NCBI GenBank assembly: GCA_965223845.1
Contig: CBDCXR010000004.1
Location: 1,760,001 to 1,824,000, forward strand
From: Planctomycetota bacterium
GTDB taxonomy: Bacteria; Planctomycetota; UBA8108; SXIK01
Direction: 5' to 3'
Length of the DNA: 64,000 nt
Made by a program: the position numbers and the translations under genes. Under the pieces are notes generated by a model. It saw nothing but the letters and a program-made list of their open reading frames with translations. It made no database searches and had not been told where the DNA came from. Below are positions 38,059-46,580 of this stretch, in pieces. Position 1 is the first letter of the stretch, and every line of letters starts with the position of its first letter.

Positions 38059-39873
38059 TCACCGGCTCGCCAGGCGGCCTAGCGCGCGCCGGAGGGCCGC
38101 TGCCGCGTAGACCGGAGGATAGAGGCGCTCGAAGTACCAGAGGTCGGCGAAGTAGAAGCCGATCGGGGTCGGATCCTCGAGTCCGCCCGCCTCGACCGTG
38201 CCCACGAGCCACTCGAGCCCCCGCTGGACGGCATCCTCGCCCGAGAGATCGCCGTCCGTTTCCGCCCCGAGCAACGCGTAGAGCGCGAGCGCCGACTCCT
38301 CGACGCTCGACGGCGCCCCGTGGTCGCCACCCCAGCCGCCGTCCTCGTTCTGCGCGTCGACGAGCCAACGCTGCGCGTTTCGCCGCACGGACTCCCCGAT
38401 CGGAACCTCCGCGTCCTCGAGGGCGATGAGGACCCGACTCGTCCCGTAGACGGGGCTCTCGTTCTGGGGGACGTGTTCGTTCCCGAACCAGAGCGGAAGC
38501 CACGCGCCGTCGGCCCGTTGCGTGCGCTCGAGGAATGCTCCCATCGCGCGAGTCGCCCGGTCGAGCCTCGGGGCGAGATCCGGAAACGTCCCGCGCCACG
38601 CGGAGAACGCTCGCAGGGCGTGAGCGGTCAGGTCCGCGCCGCTCCGATCGAACGGCAGCCGTCCCCAACCGCGGCAAAACGTCGGAATTCCACCGTCGCG
38701 ATTCTGCAGGTCGAGAAGCCAAGAGAGTCCCGCGGCCGAGGCGCGCCGCGACTCGGCATCGCCTTCGCCGAGGCACTTGAGAGCGAGGAGCGCACCCGCT
38801 GTATCGTCCGCGTCGGGAACGCCGCCGGGAAGATCGGTCCAAGCCCATCCCCCCGGCGCCGCCCCGGTGTACGGATGAACGGTTCGGTACTGCTGACTGA
38901 GAAGCCAACGGCGGATCGGTTCTCGGTCAGCGGGAGAGAGCGCGGACGCCCCCGCTTCAGCGAGCGCTCCAACCGCGAGCGTCGTCACCCAGGTCGCGAG
39001 ATCGGTGTCGATCGGCCAGCTTCCGTCCTTCCGTACTGAGTGCTCGAGGAACCGCGTCGCTTCGCGCACGACGGGGTGGCCCGCCGAACCGCTCGCGGCA
39101 AGACTCATCGTAACGAATGCCGTCAACGGCACCGCTTCGAGAAAACCGCCGCTCGCCGGCTGGATCTCGCGCAGAACGTTCAGCGTACGCGCGCGTGCCG
39201 CTGCGCGCGCCACTCGGGTCAAGGGATTCCGCGTGGGGCGATGGTGGTGGTGTACTTGCCCGACGGCGATCAAGGCCGGGAGGGCGTAGCTGACGACGGG
39301 AAGCCCGAGGAAACGAAACCAGCGACGGGGGAGCGCGGCGAGCTCGAACGGGAGAGACTTCACTGACCTCCAAGCATCGCGTCCCTCGCCTAGGCATCCG
39401 GCGAGGGCGCAGTGGGTGAGGATAGGCACGCTGAACGTTCGATCCTCACCGTAGACGGCGAGGATCGCCGCGGCGAGAGCGTCGGGCGAAGTCGAGCCGG
39501 CGCGCGCCGCGATCCAGTCCTCGGCACCCCGAATGGCGGACTCGACCTTCCCCTCTGACCGTGCGACCGCTCGCAGCGTCGCCCAACAGAGCGTCGTCGT
39601 GCTGATGTTGCTCCGGCTCGCCGGCGTGTCGCCCCAGCCGCCGTCCGTGTGAACGTTTTCCGCTAGCCAATGTGCTCCCCGCGCGACGAGCTCGCGGTGC
39701 TCCGGTCCACCGTGCTTCTCCACGAGTGCAAGCGCGAGAGTAGCGGTCGCGGTCGAGAGCGCACTCGTCGAGAGCTCGCCGCGCCAGTGGCCATCGGAAG
39801 TGCGTTCACCGAGCAGTCGCTGCTCGACGAGATCCGCGGCGCGCTTGAGTCTGTTGTCGAAGTCGTCCGTCAT
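38059..39873 (-). CDS. Squalene-hopene-cyclase-like class II terpene cyclase (beta-gamma didomain)
   Basis: GHWRGEL, DGGWG and GGWAW...VPDADDTA (DxDD). QW motifs QNRDGG, QRADGAW and QNEDGGWG; C-terminal IGFYF..LWY.E.LYP. Confidence 0.88.
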   Translation of the reverse strand: MTDDFDNRLKRAADLVEQRLLGERTSDGHWRGELSTSALSTATATLALALVEKHGGPEHRELVARGAHWLAENVHTDGGWGDTPASRSNISTTTLCWATLRAVARSEGKVESAIRGAEDWIAARAGSTSPDALAAAILAVYGEDRTFSVPILTHCALAGCLGEGRDAWRSVKSLPFELAALPRRWFRFLGLPVVSYALPALIAVGQVHHHHRPTRNPLTRVARAAARARTLNVLREIQPASGGFLEAVPLTAFVTMSLAASGSAGHPVVREATRFLEHSVRKDGSWPIDTDLATWVTTLAVGALAEAGASALSPADREPIRRWLLSQQYRTVHPYTGAAPGGWAWTDLPGGVPDADDTAGALLALKCLGEGDAESRRASAAGLSWLLDLQNRDGGIPTFCRGWGRLPFDRSGADLTAHALRAFSAWRGTFPDLAPRLDRATRAMGAFLERTQRADGAWLPLWFGNEHVPQNESPVYGTSRVLIALEDAEVPIGESVRRNAQRWLVDAQNEDGGWGGDHGAPSSVEESALALYALLGAETDGDLSGEDAVQRGLEWLVGTVEAGGLEDPTPIGFYFADLWYFERLYPPVYAAAALRRALGRLASR

Positions 39874-40015
39874 CGCGCGGCGGCGCCGCCCTCCTGTCGT
39901 TCGGCGAGCGACCTACGACAGGACCGCGACGACTCGTCGTAGAGCCTCGGTACGGAGGTGAGCTGCACTCGCCGGTTCGGTGTGCAGGACTCCCCGCGAG
40001 ACCGCGCGTTCGCGT

Positions 40016-40765
40016 TCAACCGCCCGCCCCCCGGATCTTCGTTCCCATCCATCCCGAACGCGTCCGCGTCGCGATCACGAGTCCCGAGCCAACTCCGCTG
40101 AGGCGCGCGACGAGTTCGCCTCCTTCGGACCAGATCGAGCTCCCGCCCGCGGTGTCGAGCGTCGTCGACGGAGCGCCGTGATTCGCGAGAACTACGGCCA
40201 TCGAGTGCTCCCGAGCGTATCCGGAGAGCTTCTCCGAGACCGACTCGAACTCCGCCGGCGAGAAGAGCACGCCCGCGAGGTACAGCGTCGCGCCGCGCGC
40301 CGCGGCACTCCGGGGATGGGACGCGTGATTCGTGTCGGCGCAGATCGCGACCGCCGCGACGTCGTGCCCGATTCGAGTGAGCGGGTCACGCTCAGCCGGA
40401 TCGAACACGTCCAGCTCGTCGCCCCCGAGGTGGCGCTTCGTGTAGATCGCCTCCCGGCCATCCGCCCCGACGATGAACGCGCCGATGTGAAGTCCCGACG
40501 CGAGCCGGATCGGCGCGCCGACGACGAGCGTCACGCCGTGCTCGGCGGCCGCGTCACGGAGCGGGGCCAGCCGGTCGTCGCGCTCGGAGAACGCGAGGGC
40601 GTCGGCGAGATCCAATTCGTATCCCGTGAGCGACAATTCGGGAAAGACGAGAAGCTGGACGTCGTGTGCCGCCGCGACCGCGACCAGTCGGATGTGACGA
40701 TCGAGGTTATCGCGAACATCTCCCCGGAGTGACTCGATCTGGGCGGCACCGACGGTCACGCTCAT
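40016..40765 (-). CDS. Carbon-nitrogen hydrolase (nitrilase/amidase superfamily)
   Basis: E-K-C triad in FPELSLTGY, YTKRHL and ICAD. Confidence 0.9.
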   Translation of the reverse strand: MSVTVGAAQIESLRGDVRDNLDRHIRLVAVAAAHDVQLLVFPELSLTGYELDLADALAFSERDDRLAPLRDAAAEHGVTLVVGAPIRLASGLHIGAFIVGADGREAIYTKRHLGGDELDVFDPAERDPLTRIGHDVAAVAICADTNHASHPRSAAARGATLYLAGVLFSPAEFESVSEKLSGYAREHSMAVVLANHGAPSTTLDTAGGSSIWSEGGELVARLSGVGSGLVIATRTRSGWMGTKIRGAGG

Positions 40766-40802
40766 CTCGCGCGTCCCTTTGTCCTTTAGCATCCGGCGCC
40801 TG

Positions 40803-41687
40803 TCAGAGACTCAAGTGACCGAGCGCGAGGAGCCCGTAGTACGTGTACTCGCAGTCGAGCGTGTCTTCGGCCCAGTGGCCGTAGAAGCTCCCGCGACTCG
40901 TCCAAAGGGTATCGATGAACTCGAGGCAATCGTCGCGAATCGAGTCGAGAGGACACTCGAGCGCAGCGAGCGCGTGGAGCGCCGTCGCCGTCGACAAGAG
41001 GTCGGGCACCGGCGTGCGCGGCCCGGCGCAGAATCCGCCGGCGCGACGGCAGCTACGGACGAGCCACTCGCCCGCCGAGGCGGGACAATCGATCCCGAGA
41101 GTCCGCGCGACGGTCACCGCGGCCGCCGTCGCGGGCGTCGCGCCCTCGGCGACGCGGGCGTCGTTCGCATAGCCTCCGTCGCTCTGCCGGCGTGCCGACA
41201 GAAACTCAGCGATCCGGGACGACGGGATTTCGCTCCCGAGGTCCTGGAGCGCACCGACGGCGAGAAAGACTCCGTAGACGTTCCCCATGTCCGCTCCGCG
41301 TTCGGTCGCGTAACCGCCGTCTGGGGTTCGGTGTCGGTCGATCTCGGCCTCGAAAGCGGCGCGGGCCGCGGTCGAAACCTCGAGCCCGCGGCTCGCCGTC
41401 GCTCGCACCGCAGAGGACAGATGGACGAGATCGAGGCTCGCGATCGTCTCCGGATCGGTGAAGGAGCACAGATACTCTCGCGTATCCGGAGGAAACTCCG
41501 TTCTCAGCGCGAGAAGGCATTCCGTGCCGAACAGCGTGTAATAGAGATCGGCCGCGCCGTCGCGATCACGAAACCCACCGTTCGGTGCGAGCTGGTCGAG
41601 AACGAACGCAGCGACGAGCTCCGTCGACTCACGCAGAAGCTGCGGCGCCAGTCTCGCGACCTGCAGCATTTCGAGTCTCATGCTCAC
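40803..41687 (-). CDS. Prenyltransferase/squalene-oxidase repeat (alpha/alpha barrel) protein
   Basis: Repeats NGGF..RDG.ADLYYT, DGGY, QSDGGY, AGGF...PDLLST and GSFYG...DCEYTYY. No DxDD. Confidence 0.82.
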   Translation of the reverse strand: MSMRLEMLQVARLAPQLLRESTELVAAFVLDQLAPNGGFRDRDGAADLYYTLFGTECLLALRTEFPPDTREYLCSFTDPETIASLDLVHLSSAVRATASRGLEVSTAARAAFEAEIDRHRTPDGGYATERGADMGNVYGVFLAVGALQDLGSEIPSSRIAEFLSARRQSDGGYANDARVAEGATPATAAAVTVARTLGIDCPASAGEWLVRSCRRAGGFCAGPRTPVPDLLSTATALHALAALECPLDSIRDDCLEFIDTLWTSRGSFYGHWAEDTLDCEYTYYGLLALGHLSL

Positions 41688-43353
41688 GGCACCAGCCCTT
41701 GATCTCGGCGTCGCCGAACATCTTGCCGATGACGCGCCGGAGGAGACCCTTCACGCTCGCGTTGCCGAGCGGCCAGAGAGACCGTATCGCCTCTTCCTTG
41801 TAGGCGTCGAAGAGCTCGCGGCAGCGAGCGACCGCGCCGAGCTCTTCCATGCGGCGCCGCACGGTGTCGGCGGGAACGGCCGCCTCGCGTCGCCAGAGTG
41901 CGTCGAAGAGCTCCCGATCGACTCCCTTCGCCTTTTCCCGCGCCACCGCGAGCGGAAGCGTCGGACGCAGAGCTTCGAGGTCGCCGGCCTCCGCCGTTTC
42001 GGCGAGATCGTCGAGGTCGTCGCGAATCTGGTACGCGATGCCGAGGGAGCGACTGAAATCCGTCACCACCTTCGCCGTCGCGTCGTCGCCGCCGCCGTAG
42101 AGAAGTCCGATCTGGAGCGCGACCTCGAATGCGGGCGCCGTCTTCTCGCGAAAGATGTTCACCACATCGATCGGCGCGAGTGGAGCGGGCCGGCGGGCCC
42201 AGCAGAGTTCTGCACCCTGGCCGCGGCAGAGCGTCCGGTGTCCTTCGGCCGCGACGCGAAGCATCGCGGCGCGCGTTTCAGGCGCCGCCTCGCACTCCGC
42301 GAGGATTCGGTACCCTTCGCCGATCAGAAGGTCGCCGACGTTGAGCGCGACCGGGACGCCGAGCTCGGCGTGGAGAGTCTCTTCGCCGTAGCGCACCGCA
42401 TCGTCGTCCTCGATGTCGTCGTGGACGAGCGATGCCTTGTGGAAACACTCGACGGCGATCGCGACGCGACGAAGATCGTCCGCGAGCTCCGCGTCGGGTT
42501 CCGCAGCGAGCGCCTGCTGCATCGCCACCGTCAGAATCGGACGCCAGCGCTTTCCGCTCCGTGCGAGCCAGGCGCGCGCGATCTCCTCCGTCTCCCCGGT
42601 CGGCTTGCCGAGAAGACGATCGAGCGACTCGCGCGTAAACCACTCGCGCACCTCGTCGCGGAGCGCGGCGAGGTCGAGGCGGCGCGTGCGATCGTCAGCC
42701 GTGAGCTGGATGACGTCCCAAATCCACTCCAGGTCGACGTTCGTATCCACGCAGTCGTCCTGCAGAAGCGGAATCGCCACGCCCGGGATCGCGGCCGCCT
42801 CCATGTACGGAAACGCGCGCTCGAGCACGCTGAGACAGCTCACCCCGACGATCGCATCGATCTTGCCGGTCTCGATGATCGACATCACGATGGGCGATCC
42901 CTCGGCGACCAGAACGGCGTAGCCGAGCCGCTCTGCCTCGGACTGGAGATCCTGAATCGAGCACATGCCGCACTTCTTGCAGAGGAGCCCGAACTCGTCG
43001 AAGGGCGCCGGACAGTGGGACTCGAGTCGGAGGCACTTCGGGAGGAGGAGAAGACGGCGCTCGAACGGAATCGTCGCGAGAGTCTCTCGCCAGAGCTCGT
43101 TGTTGAGAAGCACGCCGGTGAAGTCGACGAAGTTCTGGTCGATGCCAGTCTTCTTCAGAAGCTCGAGCGTCCTCTCACGCAGGGCGTCGATCGGAACCGG
43201 CGGAACGAGATCGTTCTCGGCGACGTAGCCGCGGACGAGTTCGCGCAGTCGCTCGCGCTCGGCGGCGGTCGCGGGGATGTTGCTCTGCGTGGGCCGACTC
43301 GGAATCTCGGCCGGCAGAGTCGGCAGCAGCTTGAGCGGAGGGGGGCTCGACAC
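41629..43353 (-). CDS. Polyprenyl-diphosphate synthase fused to an N-terminal Cys-rich DUF116-like domain
   Basis: N-terminal LLLPKCLR..CPA...CKKCG.C...GVSC...C. C-terminal GKRWRP, FARM SLVHDDIED, GD, GQ, KTA and SARM YQIRDDLDD. Confidence 0.88.
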   Translation of the reverse strand: MSSPPPLKLLPTLPAEIPSRPTQSNIPATAAERERLRELVRGYVAENDLVPPVPIDALRERTLELLKKTGIDQNFVDFTGVLLNNELWRETLATIPFERRLLLLPKCLRLESHCPAPFDEFGLLCKKCGMCSIQDLQSEAERLGYAVLVAEGSPIVMSIIETGKIDAIVGVSCLSVLERAFPYMEAAAIPGVAIPLLQDDCVDTNVDLEWIWDVIQLTADDRTRRLDLAALRDEVREWFTRESLDRLLGKPTGETEEIARAWLARSGKRWRPILTVAMQQALAAEPDAELADDLRRVAIAVECFHKASLVHDDIEDDDAVRYGEETLHAELGVPVALNVGDLLIGEGYRILAECEAAPETRAAMLRVAAEGHRTLCRGQGAELCWARRPAPLAPIDVVNIFREKTAPAFEVALQIGLLYGGGDDATAKVVTDFSRSLGIAYQIRDDLDDLAETAEAGDLEALRPTLPLAVAREKAKGVDRELFDALWRREAAVPADTVRRRMEELGAVARCRELFDAYKEEAIRSLWPLGNASVKGLLRRVIGKMFGDAEIKGWCREHETRNAAGRETGAAASA

Positions 43354-43383
43354 GGTGTTCAGTCTCCCGGTGCTTCTCTCTCG

Positions 43384-44271
43384 TCAAGAGGACTCGCCCG
43401 AAGGCGCGTCCGCGCTCCCAGTGTTCGGCCCTCGAGCTCCCGCCTCAGCGGCTCGGGCGCGAATCTCGTCCATCGACGGAAGCGACATCAGCACTTCCTC
43501 GGGGATGTCGAGATCGGACTGCAGCTTCTTCAGGCAGCGCATTCGCTCCTTGAGAGCCTTGCTCTCATCGCGCTCTTTCGAGAATCGCGACTCCGCCCGT
43601 CGATGGCGCTCCCGGAGAGCGCTGTAGATATCGCCGCCGAGTAGGGCGGAGATGTCGACCTTCATTTTCTCGCGCTCGACGTCCTCGTCACTCACGTTCG
43701 CGCCGTTGATGGGGCCGGCGCCGTATTTCGGGAAGAGGATGGCGACTTCCGGGCAAACCCGCGAGCAGGCCGGGCAGTTCGTCTTACACTTGTCCGGGTT
43801 CTTCACTTCGATCTGCGAATCCGCGTCGACCCCGTAGACGTCGAACAGGCAGAAGCTGAGGCACTGCATGCAGTTCGTGCAGCGCTCGAAGTCGATAACG
43901 GGAAACCACGGCTTCCACGCGCCCGGCTCGGGCGCACCGGCGTCTCGCGCCACGGATTCGACGAGCTCCGCCACGGCCGTCGGCTCGACCGAAGCGATGT
44001 CGTGCACTCCGTTGTGTTCGGCGGAGGATTCCGGCTTCTCGTCACGACCGTCGCGAAGAACGATCGTATCGGCCGGGAGAGCCTCGTTCCCTCCGCCCGC
44101 GAACGACGAGGCATCGCTGCCGGCGTACCGCACGGCGAAGCCCTTCTCGAGCACGGCCTTCAAGACGTCGCGCCGGCGCTCGACGGCCGCGTCCGAGTCG
44201 GCGACGGGGCCGCGCAAGAGCACGGGAACTCTCGCCCGCGAGGGGGCTGGGGTCGCTGCTTGGGGCGGCAC
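43384..44271 (-). CDS. 2x[4Fe-4S] ferredoxin-domain protein
   Basis: CTNCMQCLSFC and CKTNCPACSRVCP motifs. GTG start follows GGAGG. Confidence 0.85.
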   Translation of the reverse strand: MPPQAATPAPSRARVPVLLRGPVADSDAAVERRRDVLKAVLEKGFAVRYAGSDASSFAGGGNEALPADTIVLRDGRDEKPESSAEHNGVHDIASVEPTAVAELVESVARDAGAPEPGAWKPWFPVIDFERCTNCMQCLSFCLFDVYGVDADSQIEVKNPDKCKTNCPACSRVCPEVAILFPKYGAGPINGANVSDEDVEREKMKVDISALLGGDIYSALRERHRRAESRFSKERDESKALKERMRCLKKLQSDLDIPEEVLMSLPSMDEIRARAAEAGARGPNTGSADAPSGESS

Positions 44272-44349
44272 TGGGCTTCCTCCGACTCGGTCGGCTCCGC
44301 GGTTAGTGTTCCCGACCGAGCCGCGTCGCTCGGTCGCGCCGTCGTCGAT

Positions 44350-44721
44350 TCAGGTCTCCGCACTCGCGGGTCGCGCGGAAGGCTCGCGAAGAAGCGTCTC
44401 GACGATCGTCTTCGGATCCTCTTCGCGCATGTTGCAGATCTCGACCGGAGGTGCAGACTCCCCCTCAGCCAGCGGCGCTCCCGCCGCCTTGAAGAGCCAC
44501 TTCACCGACCGGGGAAAACAGGCCGCGATGCGAACCTCGGCGTTCGGTTCCGCCAATCGCGCGAGAGACGGGTCGCGCCGAGCCGAGAGTTCACACAGGT
44601 CGGCGACCGCCTCGAACGGTTCGCCCGAGCGGGCGAGCTCCGCGAGAACCGCATCCTTTACGCCAGGCGAGATGATCTTCGCGTAGGCGCAATGGCAGTA
44701 GAGGATCCGAGTCGGTGCCAT
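44350..44721 (-). CDS. Small Cys protein resembling the N-terminal Fe-S domain of HdrA
   Basis: YCHC...DLC...AACFPR...NMRE matches the HdrA-N pattern VCHC...MC...AACSPR...NIRE. Confidence 0.65.
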   Translation of the reverse strand: MAPTRILYCHCAYAKIISPGVKDAVLAELARSGEPFEAVADLCELSARRDPSLARLAEPNAEVRIAACFPRSVKWLFKAAGAPLAEGESAPPVEICNMREEDPKTIVETLLREPSARPASAET

Positions 44722-44779
44722 GAGAAGTACCACGAGATAAACCCCGGTCGAGGAGACGACTCTCGGGCCGAATCCCGAC

Positions 44780-44808
44780 ATGCTATCAGGATCGGCGGAG
44801 GATGTCAG
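44780..44808 (-). promoter_or_regulatory. Putative internal sigma70 promoter CTGACA-N17-TAGCAT
   Basis: 5/6 match at -35 (44808-44803), 17-nt spacer and 4/6 match at -10 (44785-44780), in the 210-nt gap before the Fe-S/terpene genes. Confidence 0.35.
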
Positions 44809-44931
44809 CTCCCGTGCCAGGGAAGCCAAGACGGGATAGGGAGTTACGTCGATTGCGCGGAGCTCGGAGCGCGCTCGGCGGCGGCCGGGCGCACGAGTCC
44901 CGAGATTCTCCTCGGGGCTTCGCTCCTCCCG

Positions 44932-46029
44932 TCATTCCTCCATGCGGTGCGTCGGCTGGGGCTCGCCCGGACGGAAGCTCTCGAGATCGTCGACCCGGAC
45001 GTCGGGGACCGAGATCTCCTCGAGGACCGACGCGACGGCTTCGCGGAGGACCGCGGGATCGGCCTCGGCGCGCAGATTGATGATCAGCTCGCCCGAACGA
45101 ATCGGGGTAGAGAGGCGCATTCCCGTCTCGGGGACGAATTCATTGCCGACGAGCTGACTCACCGCGAGCTCGCCGAGCACGGTACCGCTCGAGAGCGTGA
45201 GTTTCAGGTGCGCGATGTCGCGGACGTCACCCCGCAGGCGCTCCTGCAGCGACGCCATGATCCCGTCGACGAACGCGTTGCCGTCGAACTCTTCGGCGTG
45301 GCTCACGGTCGCGGTCGCGTTCAGCCACCCGAGGAGAGCCTCGCCCTCGCCGTAGATCGCGTAGTCGAGGTCCATCGCTTTCCCGCCCGGGAGATCCTCC
45401 GCGAGGATCCGATCGAGCCACGCGTCGAGGCCCTCGCCGCTCCGCGCCGAGACCTGAATCACGTCCGCACGCGCAAAGCGTTCCGCGAGAGCGCTCTCGA
45501 GCGCACGTCTCTCGTCCGGCGAGAGCAGATCGATCTTGTTGATCGCGATGAGGTGCGCCTCCTCGAGCTGCTTCTCGTAGATGTAGACGACTTTGCGCGA
45601 GAATTGCCGTCCGGATTCGAGCCCGAGTACCCGCATCGCTCGGCGCGGATCGACGAGCACGGTGAGCGGGGCGATCCGATAGCGCTCACCGTACATTCGC
45701 CGTAGCGGGTAACTGACCGAGGCGACGAGATCGGTGCAACTACCGACCGGCTCAGCGAGGAATACGTCGGGGCGATTCGCCGCGCTGAGATTGTCCGCCG
45801 CCGCGAGGAGGGAGCTGAACCGGCAGCAGAAACAACCGCCCGCGATCTCTTCAACGGCGTAGCCGCGCGCGCGGAGGAACCGCGTATCGACGAGGCCCTC
45901 TCCCTGATCGTTCGTGATCAATCCCACGGAGAGTCCCCGGGCGACGATCCGCTTCGCGAGCTCGGCGAGGGCCGTCGATTTACCCGCGCCGAGGAAGCCG
46001 CCGACCATGATGTAGTGTGCTCGATCCAA
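44932..46029 (-). CDS. CobW/COG0523-family G3E metallochaperone GTPase
   Basis: GGFLGAGKST, ITND.G, GGCFCC, EPVG and INKID. Confidence 0.9.
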   Translation of the reverse strand: MDRAHYIMVGGFLGAGKSTALAELAKRIVARGLSVGLITNDQGEGLVDTRFLRARGYAVEEIAGGCFCCRFSSLLAAADNLSAANRPDVFLAEPVGSCTDLVASVSYPLRRMYGERYRIAPLTVLVDPRRAMRVLGLESGRQFSRKVVYIYEKQLEEAHLIAINKIDLLSPDERRALESALAERFARADVIQVSARSGEGLDAWLDRILAEDLPGGKAMDLDYAIYGEGEALLGWLNATATVSHAEEFDGNAFVDGIMASLQERLRGDVRDIAHLKLTLSSGTVLGELAVSQLVGNEFVPETGMRLSTPIRSGELIINLRAEADPAVLREAVASVLEEISVPDVRVDDLESFRPGEPQPTHRMEE

Positions 46030-46059
46030 GGGATCCTCGAGTTTTCTCGTATCGGTGGG

Positions 46060-46566
46060 TCAGCAGTCGGCGCCACCCGCGCCGAGGTCCACTCCGCTCC
46101 GCCAGGGTTGCTCGAGCATCTTGTCGATCGTCGCGTGGAGCTGCGCGACGTATCCCTCGACGTCGACGGCCTTCGGATCGGGCGTCCCGCGGAGCGCGAA
46201 CAGCCAACCGTCGCCGTACGGATCCTTGCAGATCAGCTCGGGGTCCTCGCGGACGGCGGGATTCACGCCAGCGAATTCACCGCCCGCCACAGAATAGATA
46301 TCCGAGACCGCCTTAAACCCTTCGATCCAGCCGAGGGCCTGCGCGACCTCGACTTTTTGCCCCTCGTCGACTTCAAACTCGAACTCCACGATTTCGCCGA
46401 GCATTCGAGTTGCGAACCCGGTGAGTCCGACTCGCCACGTGGATGCGTCCTTCTCGTCGGGGCACGTGAGCCAGTAGTGCGAGAGCGTGTAGACGTACTC
46501 GCGGGGCAGTCGAGTCGAGAAGTGGTTTCGCTTGAAGCGAATCGGGCCGTCGTCCGGGGCGGTCAT
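46060..46566 (-). CDS. Glycine-cleavage H-protein-like (lipoyl-domain) carrier protein
   Basis: SHYW...RVGLT.FA..LG.I, IEGFKAVSD (lipoyl-site Lys), VN and DPYGDGWLF. No gcvT or gcvP in the window. Confidence 0.85.
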   Translation of the reverse strand: MTAPDDGPIRFKRNHFSTRLPREYVYTLSHYWLTCPDEKDASTWRVGLTGFATRMLGEIVEFEFEVDEGQKVEVAQALGWIEGFKAVSDIYSVAGGEFAGVNPAVREDPELICKDPYGDGWLFALRGTPDPKAVDVEGYVAQLHATIDKMLEQPWRSGVDLGAGGADC

Positions 46567-46580
46567 CGGTGTGACTTTTC

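Noticed and set aside
38059-43353. Standard hopanoid (hpn) cluster
   Set aside because: No hpnC/D/E, hpnG, hpnH or hpnN in the window; the neighbours are a head-to-tail prenyl synthase and aromatic-acid enzymes. Hopanoid synthesis using genes elsewhere is not excluded.
44804-44819. Sigma54 promoter (minus strand TGGCAC-N5-CTGA)
   Set aside because: The invariant GC at -12 is missing.
46060-46566. GcvH-like protein as the lipoyl partner of the fused E1 at 9232-11697
   Set aside because: The genes are 35 kb apart in different operons, with no linking evidence in the sequence.
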